From assembly GCA_050331235.1 (NCBI GenBank), contig JBHJHA010000032.1:1-64000 (forward strand): a DNA stretch of 64,000 nucleotides. Direction: 5' to 3'. Position numbers and translations under genes: made by a program. Positions 21,622-32,258 of the stretch are shown here, in pieces. The stretch comes from Leptolyngbyaceae cyanobacterium. GTDB lineage: Bacteria; Cyanobacteriota; Cyanobacteriia; Phormidesmidales; Phormidesmidaceae. The notes beneath the pieces were generated by a model that was not told the DNA's origin, made no database searches, and saw only the letters and a list, made by a program, of their open reading frames with translations. The first letter of the stretch is position 1. Every line of letters starts with the position of its first letter.

Positions 21622-23927
21622 GACTTAATTGTAATCGGTGCCTCGTCTGTGGGAGCCGTCACGCAGCCGATGCCGGTCGCAGTCTTATAGCCCAATGACC
21701 GTAGCTGCGCTACACAGGCCTCGGCCTCGGTCGGGGGAATGCTGGCCAGTAAACCTCCCGCCGTCTGCGGATCAAACAAGATGGGATAGTCCGGTCGGTT
21801 GGCATAGGACGCGGCGTGCTGTAGCGCTTGAGCGGCCTGCTGATTGTGCGATTGTAGAGAGCTGACAATGCCTTGCTGGAGGGTCTCAAAGGCTCCCTCA
21901 AGTAGTGGCAGGGCTTGTAAGTCGAGGGCCACAGCGACCTGCGAAGCTTGAACTAACTCCAACAGATGGCCGAGCAATCCAAATCCCGTGATATCTGTAC
22001 AAGCCGTAACCCCAAACTGGCGTAAGCACTGCATTGCCATCGCACTCGGCTGAATCATATGGGCGATCGCGGCTTCGATCCATCGACCTTTGGCTTGCTT
22101 TTGCATATCGGCGGCAAATAAGGTGCCCGTGCCCAGGGGCTGCGTCAGGATGAGGGCATCGCCAACCTGCATGCCGCCTTTTCGTAAGATGCCTGTCTCT
22201 GCCACCACCCCATTGCAGGCGAGGCCGAGGGCCACCTGCTCTCCCTCGGTGGTGTGTCCACCCACGAGGGCTACTTGTGCTCCCACCAATGTTTTTTGAA
22301 CGCCGGAAAGGAGCTGAAACAGTGTTTCGGCTTGTTTGTCCGGGGTCGCATGGGGGAGGGTAGCGATCGCTAAAGCGGTCTGGGGCTCAGCTCCCATCGC
22401 ATAGAGATCATTCAAGCAGTGTTTCGCCACGATTTGGCCAAACACAAACGGATCATCGACTAGCGCATTAAAAAAGTCGACCGTATGCACCATGAGCTGC
22501 CCAGCGGGCACGCGCACCACAGCGGCGTCATCCGGGGCCGATAACCCGACCAGAACAGACTCAGAATCTGAGTCGATAGGGGCCGCAGTGGCCCAAACCG
22601 CCGCGATCGCCGATTGCTGTAGACGCGCCATGGTGGTTTTTAGCACCTGACTACCGACCTTTGAGCCGCAGCCGGCACAGTACATTTGAGGGGCCGGTGC
22701 AGCGGCAATCACTCCGTCCCGCGAGCGGCGATCATCCTCCGACATCGCGGGAAAGTCGTTGAATAGACCCATAAATTTACGATCAATGCGGTCTTTCCAG
22801 GCTCGCATCAGCGGTGACTCAAAGGTAAAGGGGCCCCGCGAGGCGATCGCGCTGCCATCGCCGGTATCAATAATGTTGAGATATTGTTTTTGGGGGATAA
22901 AGGGGGTAAGCGATTCGCCCTTAAGATATGCCTGTAAATTGCGAAATAGCGGCTTGGCCTGTCGCACGGCAAAGACACCAGCTTTGGGACGGGGATGATT
23001 TTTCATAGTGGCAACATCCCCCGCTGCAAAAATGTAGGGGTGCGACACGCTTTGGAGCGTGTCTTCAACTAAGAGAAAGCCCGCGTCATCGGTAGCTAAG
23101 CCAGAGCCTTGAATCCAACCGGGAGCAGCGGCATTAGTCACCCAAAAAACGCGATCGCACAGAGCTGTAAGACCTGACTCACAGCGAACCCGCCGCTGCT
23201 GGTTGTCGGCCAGCTCAATTTCGCAAACTGACTCCTGGAGATGCAGTCGGATACCGCGCTCTATAAACCGTCGATGGAGGCGCTGGCGAGTGCTGCGGTT
23301 GCGGCCATTGGCAATCTCCTCTCCCCGGTGGAATAGGTGAATTGTCAGGTCTTCGCGCGATCGCCCTAGATCCTCCAGTAGCTGCCACAGCCGCACCTGC
23401 ATATTGAGGGTAAGCTCAACCCCACCTACCCCCCCGCCAACAACCGCAAGGGAAATCGGGTCATGGGGTCGCTGGGGGATGGCCGCCAAAAACTCGTCCC
23501 AAGCCCGCAGCAAATCAGGCACCGGCTTAGCCGGAATTGCATAGTCTTGTGCTCCTGGAACCGCCAAGGTTGCTGGAGTGCTGCCCGTATCGATAGAGAG
23601 CACATCAAAGGCCACCGGGGGGTGATCAGCGCAAAGCACCTGTTGATTGGCGGCGTCGATGGCCACGGCCCGATCCATCAATAACTGACAGCCGGCAAAA
23701 CGACTGAGGGGGCGCAGGTCAATGTGAGATTCATCAAAGCCGTAGAGACCGGAGATGTGGCAGGGCAACATGCCGGAATAGGGCGTGTCGACGAGGTTGG
23801 TGATCAGTGTGAGCCGGACCCCGACCAGTGGATGCATACCAAATTGGCGCAGCACGATCGCGTGGGTGTGGCCACCACCAAGTAGCACTAGGTCTTTCAC
23901 TATGGGAGAGGCAACCTGCATCATCAA
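21615..23927 (-). CDS. selD: Selenide, water dikinase fused to an N-terminal FAD/NAD oxidoreductase domain
   Basis: N-terminal GGGHTH, YSGMLP, FAAGD, PKAGVFAVR; C-terminal CAGCGSK, DDAAV, TVDFF, TDITGFGLLGH, DPQTAGGLL. Confidence 0.95.
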   Translation of the reverse strand: MMMQVASPIVKDLVLLGGGHTHAIVLRQFGMHPLVGVRLTLITNLVDTPYSGMLPCHISGLYGFDESHIDLRPLSRFAGCQLLMDRAVAIDAANQQVLCADHPPVAFDVLSIDTGSTPATLAVPGAQDYAIPAKPVPDLLRAWDEFLAAIPQRPHDPISLAVVGGGVGGVELTLNMQVRLWQLLEDLGRSREDLTIHLFHRGEEIANGRNRSTRQRLHRRFIERGIRLHLQESVCEIELADNQQRRVRCESGLTALCDRVFWVTNAAAPGWIQGSGLATDDAGFLLVEDTLQSVSHPYIFAAGDVATMKNHPRPKAGVFAVRQAKPLFRNLQAYLKGESLTPFIPQKQYLNIIDTGDGSAIASRGPFTFESPLMRAWKDRIDRKFMGLFNDFPAMSEDDRRSRDGVIAAAPAPQMYCAGCGSKVGSQVLKTTMARLQQSAIAAVWATAAPIDSDSESVLVGLSAPDDAAVVRVPAGQLMVHTVDFFNALVDDPFVFGQIVAKHCLNDLYAMGAEPQTALAIATLPHATPDKQAETLFQLLSGVQKTLVGAQVALVGGHTTEGEQVALGLACNGVVAETGILRKGGMQVGDALILTQPLGTGTLFAADMQKQAKGRWIEAAIAHMIQPSAMAMQCLRQFGVTACTDITGFGLLGHLLELVQASQVAVALDLQALPLLEGAFETLQQGIVSSLQSHNQQAAQALQHAASYANRPDYPILFDPQTAGGLLASIPPTEAEACVAQLRSLGYKTATGIGCVTAPTDEAPITIKSW

Positions 23928-24246
23928 CTTATCTTTCTGAAACCTTTATCAGCATATCGACTGTATTTAAGAGTGACCTGAGAAGCTGGCGATAGCTGAG
24001 GTGAATGCCGGTCCTGAGGGTCATAAAAATGGCGGTGAAGCGGTCGGCGCGGTCCGGTTATCCGCCTGTCGTGTTAGTGATAAGGCGGCGATCGCGGCGG
24101 CTAAAGGTCGCTAATTTAATCATAGGGCGTGTTTCTGTTAGGCAAATTCATGGGTTTGACAACGCTCAACAGGAACTCAGCGCGATTTAATTTGGCAACA
24201 TTAAGGTCTGATTTGTAGACCTGTTTTTTGAGAACTTATCGAGGAA

Positions 24247-24888
24247 ATGATGAAGCGACAATACTGGTTCGCCGTGATTGGGACTGTACTCGGGGGCGCA
24301 CTGCTCTGCTTTCAATTATGGGGCAGCCGCAGCAGCACTGCGGCACCGGCACCCACGCACACAACTACGGCCCAGGTCGACATGACGGCTCAGACCGATG
24401 ACGCAGTGGAGAATTCGTTTTCCACGTTTGAGAAACCCAGTGACGCTGAACTCCGCACGACGCTAACGGCGGAACAGTATGCCGTCACCCAAGAAGATGC
24501 CACCGAGCGTCCCTTTAGAAATGCCTACTGGGACAACAAGGAACCCGGTATTTACGTTGATGTTGTCTCCGGTGAGCCGCTGTTTTCGTCGTTAGATAAG
24601 TATGCTTCGGGAACTGGATGGCCCTCTTTTTCGCAGCCTTTAGAATCGAGCAATATTGTTGAAGTCGAAGATCGAACGCTGTTTTTAGTGCGGACAGAAG
24701 TGCGCAGCCGCCATGCTGACTCCCACTTAGGGCATGTGTTTGAAGACGGCCCAGCGCCTACTGGTTTGCGCTACTGCATGAACTCTGCCGCTATGCGGTT
24801 TGTGCCGCTGTCAGAGCTAGAGGCGCAGGGGTATGGCCAATATGTCGCCCAGTTTGAAGCTGCTGGTGTAACCGCTGCTGCCGATTAG
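24247..24888 (+). CDS. msrB: Peptide-methionine (R)-S-oxide reductase with N-terminal signal or anchor
   Basis: TERPF, GWPSF, HLGHVF and GLRYCMNS motifs. Confidence 0.94.
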   Translation: MMKRQYWFAVIGTVLGGALLCFQLWGSRSSTAAPAPTHTTTAQVDMTAQTDDAVENSFSTFEKPSDAELRTTLTAEQYAVTQEDATERPFRNAYWDNKEPGIYVDVVSGEPLFSSLDKYASGTGWPSFSQPLESSNIVEVEDRTLFLVRTEVRSRHADSHLGHVFEDGPAPTGLRYCMNSAAMRFVPLSELEAQGYGQYVAQFEAAGVTAAAD

Positions 24889-24966
24889 AAGCAAGTGTTG
24901 GTGGGTAGGGGCCTTCTATGAACTGCATGAAAGGGCCCCAGCAAGTGGCAAAGTTGTCCTCGTAGA

Positions 24967-26349
24967 TTATTCAGACTGGGGTTTCAGGCGATCGTTTTCT
25001 GCCCGGAGGTGAGTGATTTCGGCCAGGAGCCTTTCGTGCTCCAGGGCGCGCTCGATCGCGGCTCCCGCATGGATATTAAAGGCCAGCATGAAAAACTCGT
25101 CCTCATCGGTAAAGCTGGTCTGAAAACAGGTGGGTACTTTTGAGTACGGCTGATCAGGCCGGACCGCAATGGGGGAAGTGCCCGAACGGTATTTGTTAAA
25201 TAGCTGAGTTACGGCAATTAACCGACCTGCTGTGTCAAACATTGGGATACAAAGCAAACTAAACGTCCGGTAATGGCTCTGGCGATCAGCGTCGCGGATT
25301 AGGTGGGAGTCTGCCCGTTCATAAATGTCACAGGGCAGGTTGATGATCGCCCCGGTTTTAGCTACTTGGCCAATGTAGCCCTGGCCCAGGGGCGATCTCA
25401 CCTCGCGCCAGCCCCCTGGTACATCGAGCCGAGTCCATAGCTCCTGTTGGGCGGCATCAAATAGCCAAATGGCGCTATGGTCAGCATCTATTAAGTGTTG
25501 AGCTTCTTTGTTAACGCGCTCTACGGTTTCCTGTAATGACGAACCGCTGTAGTTGAGGGCCTGGGTGGCTTTGACTAAGAGGGTGGCTGATTTTTGTCGT
25601 TGGGCAGCCTGATAAAACGCTTGGGAACTTTCTAGAATTAGCCGAAAAACCGTCTGAAAACTGGCGAAGACGGCCTCATCTTCGTTGGTAAAGCCGCGCA
25701 AATCGATGCGATGGATTAGTGGCACTGAGGCGATCGCAGTGGATGTTTGCTTATTCAACACTTCGATAACAGCCAGGACCTCGCCCTGACGGCTCATAAC
25801 GGGCAGGGCCATCAGAGTGTAGGTGCGGTAGCCAGTTTGGGCCTCGAGCTTTTTGGCTGCTGCTGAACGACGATCATCATAGAAATCAAACGGGACATTG
25901 AGCACGGTTTTTGTCTGGACCACTTCTCCAGCGATCCCCTGATGCAGCGGCAGACGAATTTCAAAGCTGGTGGGCGAGTATTCGGACTCTGCCACCGTAG
26001 ACCAAAGTTCTTGACGAGCCTGATCTACCAGAAAAACTGTGGTGCGATCGGCGTTGAGCAGTTCCCCGACCTTGAGGGCAAAGGTCTGCAACAGCACATG
26101 TAAGATGCCATCAAAGGTCTGGCTTTCTAGCATGGCCAGGGTTTGCATCACGATTTGCAGCTGCAGCTCGATTTGATGAACCGACTCATGGCAGGTGTCT
26201 CGACCGAGGGGGGCGAGCAAATCAGCAAAGGATGTAACCGGCTGGGTCGGTGGCTCTAGCAGGGGCGAGTTCATTTCGGCGATGATGGCAAAATCTAGCT
26301 CAGATACGAGCTGAGACCAATCGATGAAATTGCTGGTAGAGCTGACCAT
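24967..26349 (-). CDS. Tandem GAF-domain protein without output domain
   Basis: Two GAF repeats, each with GIAG/GYIG, TGYRT/SHYRT and NK...F..EDE. Confidence 0.87.
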   Translation of the reverse strand: MVSSTSNFIDWSQLVSELDFAIIAEMNSPLLEPPTQPVTSFADLLAPLGRDTCHESVHQIELQLQIVMQTLAMLESQTFDGILHVLLQTFALKVGELLNADRTTVFLVDQARQELWSTVAESEYSPTSFEIRLPLHQGIAGEVVQTKTVLNVPFDFYDDRRSAAAKKLEAQTGYRTYTLMALPVMSRQGEVLAVIEVLNKQTSTAIASVPLIHRIDLRGFTNEDEAVFASFQTVFRLILESSQAFYQAAQRQKSATLLVKATQALNYSGSSLQETVERVNKEAQHLIDADHSAIWLFDAAQQELWTRLDVPGGWREVRSPLGQGYIGQVAKTGAIINLPCDIYERADSHLIRDADRQSHYRTFSLLCIPMFDTAGRLIAVTQLFNKYRSGTSPIAVRPDQPYSKVPTCFQTSFTDEDEFFMLAFNIHAGAAIERALEHERLLAEITHLRAENDRLKPQSE

Positions 26350-26571
26350 AGTTGCTGTCCTGGCGTTGAGTCATGGGCTGCCGACAAGGTTGTCGCTGGC
26401 AGTCCCTAAGCGTGCTGTCGGTGTCGGGGCTATGGGTAAATCTGGCTGGTGACCGGACTGATCATCCCGCTGTGCCCAGCCAGCAGTTGCAGCCACTGAT
26501 CAAATTAGCCTGATGTTGCCGTTTTTTATCGCCACATCACAGCAGTGAGCGTGATGGCTATTGGAGGCAAT

Positions 26572-26595
26572 TAAGGGTTTGATATCAAACCCTTA
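26572..26595. repeat. Perfect 24-bp palindrome TAAGGGTTTGATATCAAACCCTTA
   Basis: Equal to its own reverse complement; lies in a divergent intergenic region. Confidence 0.9.
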
Positions 26596-27135
26596 GGCGA
26601 AAGCTGCTAGTCATTGGCACGAAATGTCTAATCTACGTGAGCAGGTTCGTCGGCCCGGTTAGGGGGCCTCCGATGCAGTCTTTTTAGTTTGCCCAAATAG
26701 AGAAAGCGGCTAGAAAAGAAAACATTTTCACTCTCCCTACTCTACGGGACAAGCTTTAACGATATTGGTTGATTTATAGTCATCGGTGGTGATCCCAATT
26801 CTGCAAAATAGCACTATAGATCGAAGATTCTCCGCCATTGCTGACCCCTTGGAAAGGGGCCAAGCCCATATGTACAGAACTGCCCCTGTTCAAGGGAGGG
26901 ATGGATTTGATAGGTGTAACTTTGATCTAGAGAACTGGTATTGGCCCTAGATATCGCAGAGGATAGCAAGAGATCGGGCTAAAGATGCAGAGAGGGGCTT
27001 AGCCGCAAATGATCCGGCGGCTGTAGAGCGCTCGTACCTGACTGCGACTCGCTGCCCAGATTAGTCATAGTTGAAGGATGGTCCCAGTAGCCAGACAATG
27101 AAAGATGATTTCATCTATTGTCAACACCGAAAATC

Positions 27136-28029
27136 ATGGTCCAGTCTAACGAACAGCGCTTATTTGCAACGCCGAAAATTCGGCAGCTACTGGCGGTGGT
27201 GGTTGGGATTTGGCTAGGTTTGGTGCTGATTTTGATGGCGGCGATCGCTACCCGCACTTCTTTTGCGGTCATCGGTGACCCCATTCTCACACCGCTTTTT
27301 TATCTTGCGGTGTTTGGCATCAGTAGCCTGTGGGTGGGTTGGCAATATAGCCGTCAAGGTATTGACATCCAGCAAATATTTGGCACTTGGCCCATCCAAT
27401 CTCGCGGGCGATCGCTCGTAGGGCTGTGGCTCCTGCTCTTCATGTTTTCGCTTGGGGCTTTTCAAGTCTCCTACGCCCTCCTGTCCTATTGGTTTCCTCA
27501 GTTTGTTGGCGAAACCCTGGAACAGTCCATTTTTCTCGGTCCTGGGGAAACTGCTTTCACCAATCTGTATAACCTCTTGATGGCAATCATCTTGGTGATT
27601 GCGGCCCCCTTCCTAGAAGAGTTCTTATTTCGTGGGTTTCTGCTACATCGCTTGAGTGCCCGCTGGAATCCACCCCTCGCCGTTCTGCTTTCCTCTCTGG
27701 CCTTCGGATTACTGCACGGCAACGTCATCGGGCTGACCATATTTGGGCTGGTCATGGCACTGTTGTATCTCCGCACCCAGAGCCTGTGGGTCGTGATTGC
27801 GGTGCATAGCGGTAACAATGCGATCGCAGCCGGACTTGACCTACTCAGCAGGATGAACGATCAGACATCAGCTTCTTCGGTAGAAACGCTACGGTCCAGT
27901 ATCTGGTTGGGTAGCTTACTGCTAGCCATCTCGATGCCTTGGTTGGTGAGATTTATTCGACGAAATTGGCCCCATCAAGAGACACGTTTACCGTACTTTG
28001 TGAATCAAGCTGATTCTTTGACGGACTAA
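27136..28029 (+). CDS. CPBP (Abi/CAAX) intramembrane metalloprotease
   Basis: EEFLFRG, FGLLH and HSGNN motifs; start at 27118 or 27136. Confidence 0.9.
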   Translation: MVQSNEQRLFATPKIRQLLAVVVGIWLGLVLILMAAIATRTSFAVIGDPILTPLFYLAVFGISSLWVGWQYSRQGIDIQQIFGTWPIQSRGRSLVGLWLLLFMFSLGAFQVSYALLSYWFPQFVGETLEQSIFLGPGETAFTNLYNLLMAIILVIAAPFLEEFLFRGFLLHRLSARWNPPLAVLLSSLAFGLLHGNVIGLTIFGLVMALLYLRTQSLWVVIAVHSGNNAIAAGLDLLSRMNDQTSASSVETLRSSIWLGSLLLAISMPWLVRFIRRNWPHQETRLPYFVNQADSLTD

Positions 28030-28317
28030 CTCGCTCGGAAATCAAAGCCCCAGCCTCGATTGCGATAGGGAGATTGAGCCAGCACTAAAGTCCAGACTTC
28101 TGAGTGAAAGATTCCCCTGAGGCATCTGCCTATGCTACAGATGCACACCTGGGGCTGGTTGGGCTGGTTAATGGTCGGTGGCTGACTGAAGCACATTGCG
28201 ACGTTGCGAACTTTTGGGTATGCACTAAACCGAACGCTACGGGATGACTTGAACGGATACCCGCAAAGGCTTGGGGAAGGCCGAGACCAGCCCTTAAGCG
28301 TCGATTTGGAGAGGTCC

Positions 28318-29763
28318 TTAAGAAGCTGATGCTTGTTCCTCTGAAGAGGTTGCCGTAACTTTAACCTCCTCTTTGGGCGGCTCACCAGAAGAATCGTCAA
28401 ACACTAAGCGCAGCAGCGGTGGCGCGACAAAAGTAGTCAAAATCACCATCACGATAATGGCAGCTTCCAACGATTCCGATAGGGCTCCACTGGCTGAGCC
28501 TACGCCCGCAAAAACCAACCCCACCTCACCCCGGGGAATCATACCGATCCCGATCGCTAGTCGATTGATACTGGGTTGACCAAATACGGCAAAGCCAGCC
28601 ACGACCTTACCAATGATGGCAATGACTACCATAAATGACGCAATGATCAGGCCTTCGCGGTTAGCGGGATCTAAAGGATTGAGGACACTGACATCAGTCC
28701 GAGCTCCCACAGTCACAAAGAAAACCGGCACCAACATGTCAGAAATTGGGACGATTTGTTCTTCCAGTTCTTTGTGTTTAGAGGTCTCAGCCAAGATGAG
28801 GCCCGCGGCAAAAGCCCCCAAGATGGCTTCGAGTTGAATGGCTGCGGCTACGTAGGACAGTAAGAAGGCAAATACGAGGGAGCTGATGATGAGCTCACCT
28901 CGGGTCTTCATTTGATTAACCAGACCTACAAACAAAGGACTTAGCAAGCGCCCTAGGAAAATGGAGCCAATCAAGAACGCAGCTGCACTCACAATGAGAA
29001 TGGCAACGTTTTTGACTTCAATCTCTCCCGTTTTTGCCAAACTGGCCACTACGGCTAAGACGATAATGCCGAGCACGTCGTCTAATACCGCAGCTCCGAT
29101 GATGATTTGACCTTCTTTAGAGCTGAGCTTTTGCAGTTCCGCTAAAACCTTAGCCGTGATGCCAATACTGGTTGCCGTGAGTGCAGCCCCAGCAAACACG
29201 GCGGGCACGGTGGCGATGTCAAAGAAGAAAATAAGTCCAGCCGTCCCTAGGGCAAAGGGGACAACCACGCCGACGATCGCGACCGCTGCCGCTTGTGGAC
29301 CTACCCGAATCAGCTCTTTGAGATCAGATTCCAGACCAATTTCAAACAGTAGGATGATGACCCCTAGCTCAGCCAAGATCGAGATGACTTCACTTTCCCC
29401 TTGGAAAACTGAGCGAATCCCCTCAGCTCCCAAATCGCTTGTACCCTCGATCAAGCGCATGAGGATTGAACCGGTCTCACCGGCTCCTTCGGGAAAAACG
29501 ATGAGATGGAGAGCAGAGACGCCGACAACGACACCGCCAATCAGCTCACCTAGGACTGGTGGTAGGTTGATCCGGGCACAGAGCTCGCCGCCAAGTTTTG
29601 CGGCTAGATAAACCGTGATTAAGCTAAGTAGCACCCCTCCTAACACCAGGGGCTCAATGTCTGCCTCTGAGGCCTCCGCTAATAGGCGAGGCCATGCTCC
29701 CCAAGTCGGCGGCACCGCAGTCAAACTGCTTACAAAGCTCAATCCGGAAAGTGCATTCACCAT
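28318..29763 (-). CDS. nhaS3: Na+/H+ antiporter (CPA2, NhaS3 type)
   Basis: LFEIGLESD, ATSIGIT, GAAVLDDV and GMIPRGEVG motifs. Confidence 0.9.
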   Translation of the reverse strand: MVNALSGLSFVSSLTAVPPTWGAWPRLLAEASEADIEPLVLGGVLLSLITVYLAAKLGGELCARINLPPVLGELIGGVVVGVSALHLIVFPEGAGETGSILMRLIEGTSDLGAEGIRSVFQGESEVISILAELGVIILLFEIGLESDLKELIRVGPQAAAVAIVGVVVPFALGTAGLIFFFDIATVPAVFAGAALTATSIGITAKVLAELQKLSSKEGQIIIGAAVLDDVLGIIVLAVVASLAKTGEIEVKNVAILIVSAAAFLIGSIFLGRLLSPLFVGLVNQMKTRGELIISSLVFAFLLSYVAAAIQLEAILGAFAAGLILAETSKHKELEEQIVPISDMLVPVFFVTVGARTDVSVLNPLDPANREGLIIASFMVVIAIIGKVVAGFAVFGQPSINRLAIGIGMIPRGEVGLVFAGVGSASGALSESLEAAIIVMVILTTFVAPPLLRLVFDDSSGEPPKEEVKVTATSSEEQASAS

Positions 29764-29976
29764 GCAATCTGATAAAACGCGTCCCCACTACCTTACATGA
29801 GTTCTGCGGGGAGCAATGTTCAAACTAATCAGCCTGAGGACAGATTTCATGGCTGAGCGGGAGTCTCTGTCTGAAATGCTATGGCTCACTGTCTCGGCGC
29901 TTTGGTTAACGGCAGTCGGTTAGCCGCCAGTCTTCCGACTGTTCTGGCAACCGTTGGATTGCTCGACACCGAGAAC

Positions 29977-30621
29977 TTAGGAGGACAGAGAAGCGGGGGT
30001 CGATTTCTTCTGGAGTTCGTGCTCGATGCGTTGAAAGTCTCGATTGACCTCCTGCCAGAGCACTTTGTTGTGGGTATCGAGTCGCAGAGCTTTTTTGAGG
30101 GCCCGCCGGGCGTTGTCGTAATAACCATGGCGGATTAAGTAACGCCCCCAGCGCTGGTAGGCGATCGCCTGCCACTGAATGATTTCAGCATCGTCAGTTA
30201 GGCGCTGGGCGAGACCGTCGACCAGGGCGATCGCTCGGGGAAATTTTTGCGCCTGAAAGAGTCCCTGTAGCTGATCAAAGCCTTTTTGCTTCAAGGTTTG
30301 CTCTTCTGGCGTCAGGTTAGGGTTGACCTGCACCGTCACCGTCGTTGCCGCTCGGCGTTTGACCGTCACTTTGGGGCGGGCAGGAGCGGCCTCGGATGTG
30401 GCCTTTGGCTGCGTGTCAGGAACTGCTGTCGGCATTGCCTCGACCAGGACCTGATAAGCCTGCGTAATGCGAATGAACTTATTTTCAGCCTCTTGGTCGC
30501 CCGGATTCATATCGGGATGGTAGCGCCTCGCTAAGCGCCGATAGGATGCTTTGACATCATCAAAGCTAGCATTGGGCCGCAGCCCTAACACCCTGAGCTC
30601 GTCCACCAGTTGCCTACGCAC
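29977..30621 (-). CDS. J-domain protein with C-terminal TPR-like region
   Basis: LARRYHPD motif; helical C-terminus. Confidence 0.88.
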   Translation of the reverse strand: MRRQLVDELRVLGLRPNASFDDVKASYRRLARRYHPDMNPGDQEAENKFIRITQAYQVLVEAMPTAVPDTQPKATSEAAPARPKVTVKRRAATTVTVQVNPNLTPEEQTLKQKGFDQLQGLFQAQKFPRAIALVDGLAQRLTDDAEIIQWQAIAYQRWGRYLIRHGYYDNARRALKKALRLDTHNKVLWQEVNRDFQRIEHELQKKSTPASLSS

Positions 30622-30856
30622 TACTGTCGTTGCCTCCTGTCACTCGCTAGATCAGTTGATGCCGCCAACCCTGTCGCCATAACAGTTGATTGACCACTCC
30701 CGCCTCAGAATTATGGTTAAGTCTATCCGTAAATCCTAAAAATGGCGCTGTCTCACCATGGCCAATCTTGAAGAAGCCGTCGCCAAGGTTGACCCAATGA
30801 AAACACTCAAAACCAGTCTTAAGACGGCGGCACATATCCACCTCAATGACGGGGAA

Positions 30857-31939
30857 TTACGATGCCAGGACTGAGTCCTTGGGGCGAGCAAAAATCATGC
30901 GCCCAGCGGACGTTTGCAGAGAGCCGGTCACAACGACATCAATCTCATCGCCAATGTAGTCGCGTCCCTCCTCGACTACAACCATGGTGCCATCGTTAAG
31001 ATAGCCGACCCCCTGCTGGGGCTCTTTCCCTTCCTTGAGAATTCTCAGGCCCATGCCGTCGCCTGGCAGAAAGTTCGGTCGAATCGCCTGGGACAGTTCG
31101 TTGATGTTGAGCACTTCGACCTCTTGAAAGCTGGCGACCTTGTTGAGGTTAAAGTCGTTGGTCAGCAGCATCGCATTAAGCTCTTGGGCTAACCGCACTA
31201 ATTTGGCATCTACGGTGGGGATTTCGTCATAGTCAATCGACGAGATGACCACCCGGTTGGCGTAGGTTTCCCGAATGCGGTTGAGGACATCTAGCCCCCG
31301 GCGGCCTCGAACGCGCTTTTGATCGTTGGAGGCATCGGCAACCTGCTGCAGCTCTTGCAAAACGAACTGCGGCACTAATATTTGACCTTCTAAAAAGCTC
31401 GTTTGCAGCAGCCCTTCGACTCGACCATCAATGATGCAGCTCGTGTCCAAAAGTTTAGTTTTCGCGGGCTTGAGCGTGCCCTCGGCAACGAGGGTTGATT
31501 CCATGGTGCCGGGGTTGATCAGTCGTAGGAGCGATCGCCCGTGGGTATCGGCCAAATTCATGCCCGACACGGCAAAGATGACGCTACCCATAACGGCCAA
31601 CAGCGGCTTGATAAAGCCAAACTCCTTAGGAATGGGCAGCAAGAACAGCGGGGCCAGCATTAAGTTGGCGATGAGTAGACCAATCACCAACCCCACTGCT
31701 CGGCTGAGCAGCCGCTCTGGGGGCAATTCGCGAACCTGACGTTCGAGGCGGCGATAGCTGGTCTGCATTGCCAGGCCGATGCCGATGCCAAACAAGGCAC
31801 CAAACCCAGCGGTGACAGAGCTCAGGCCCTCGAGGCTGCTGACTTGGCTCAGCGTGCCGGCGGGCAACAGCTCCGGGGCATAAAAACCGATGCCGGCACC
31901 GGCAATTAAAAACGATATGACGATGAGTGCGTCTAGCAT
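30857..31939 (-). CDS. Membrane PIN/TRAM domain protein (YacL family)
   Basis: DTSCIIDGR, LTNDFNLNKVA, GVGYLNDGTMVVVE and QTSAGRMIFA motifs. Confidence 0.93.
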   Translation of the reverse strand: MLDALIVISFLIAGAGIGFYAPELLPAGTLSQVSSLEGLSSVTAGFGALFGIGIGLAMQTSYRRLERQVRELPPERLLSRAVGLVIGLLIANLMLAPLFLLPIPKEFGFIKPLLAVMGSVIFAVSGMNLADTHGRSLLRLINPGTMESTLVAEGTLKPAKTKLLDTSCIIDGRVEGLLQTSFLEGQILVPQFVLQELQQVADASNDQKRVRGRRGLDVLNRIRETYANRVVISSIDYDEIPTVDAKLVRLAQELNAMLLTNDFNLNKVASFQEVEVLNINELSQAIRPNFLPGDGMGLRILKEGKEPQQGVGYLNDGTMVVVEEGRDYIGDEIDVVVTGSLQTSAGRMIFARPKDSVLAS

Positions 31940-32258
31940 GATGGCAAGCCAATATGGCTAAAAAGGTATGAAGGATGTAAGTATGGTGAGTCTCCCCCTT
32001 AAGGTAAGACATCAGGAAGTTAAGCTGACAGATCAACCATTTTTTGTCAAATGCATTAATGCCGTCGCTGGCTGATCTGCCTGAAAGCTAACCCACTGAT
32101 TACCGCTTAAAGCAGACTTCAACGCAAATTTTCACATCTGTCGTGTCGGTTAAAGGGGCATGGCGATCGCCACCCGGCAAACAAATTAGACTAGCAGCGA
32201 TCGCCGGTACCCTGGGAGGAAGCACTCAGGAACAGACACACCGGTCTTCAACGGGTTT

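Noticed and set aside
21615..24888. Selenoproteins or SECIS elements near selD
   Set aside because: SelD and MsrB both have Cys at their catalytic sites, and I saw no in-frame UGA or selABC.
30647..30841. 64-aa ORF between the PIN/TRAM and J-domain genes
   Set aside because: It has no recognisable motif and is probably intergenic sequence.
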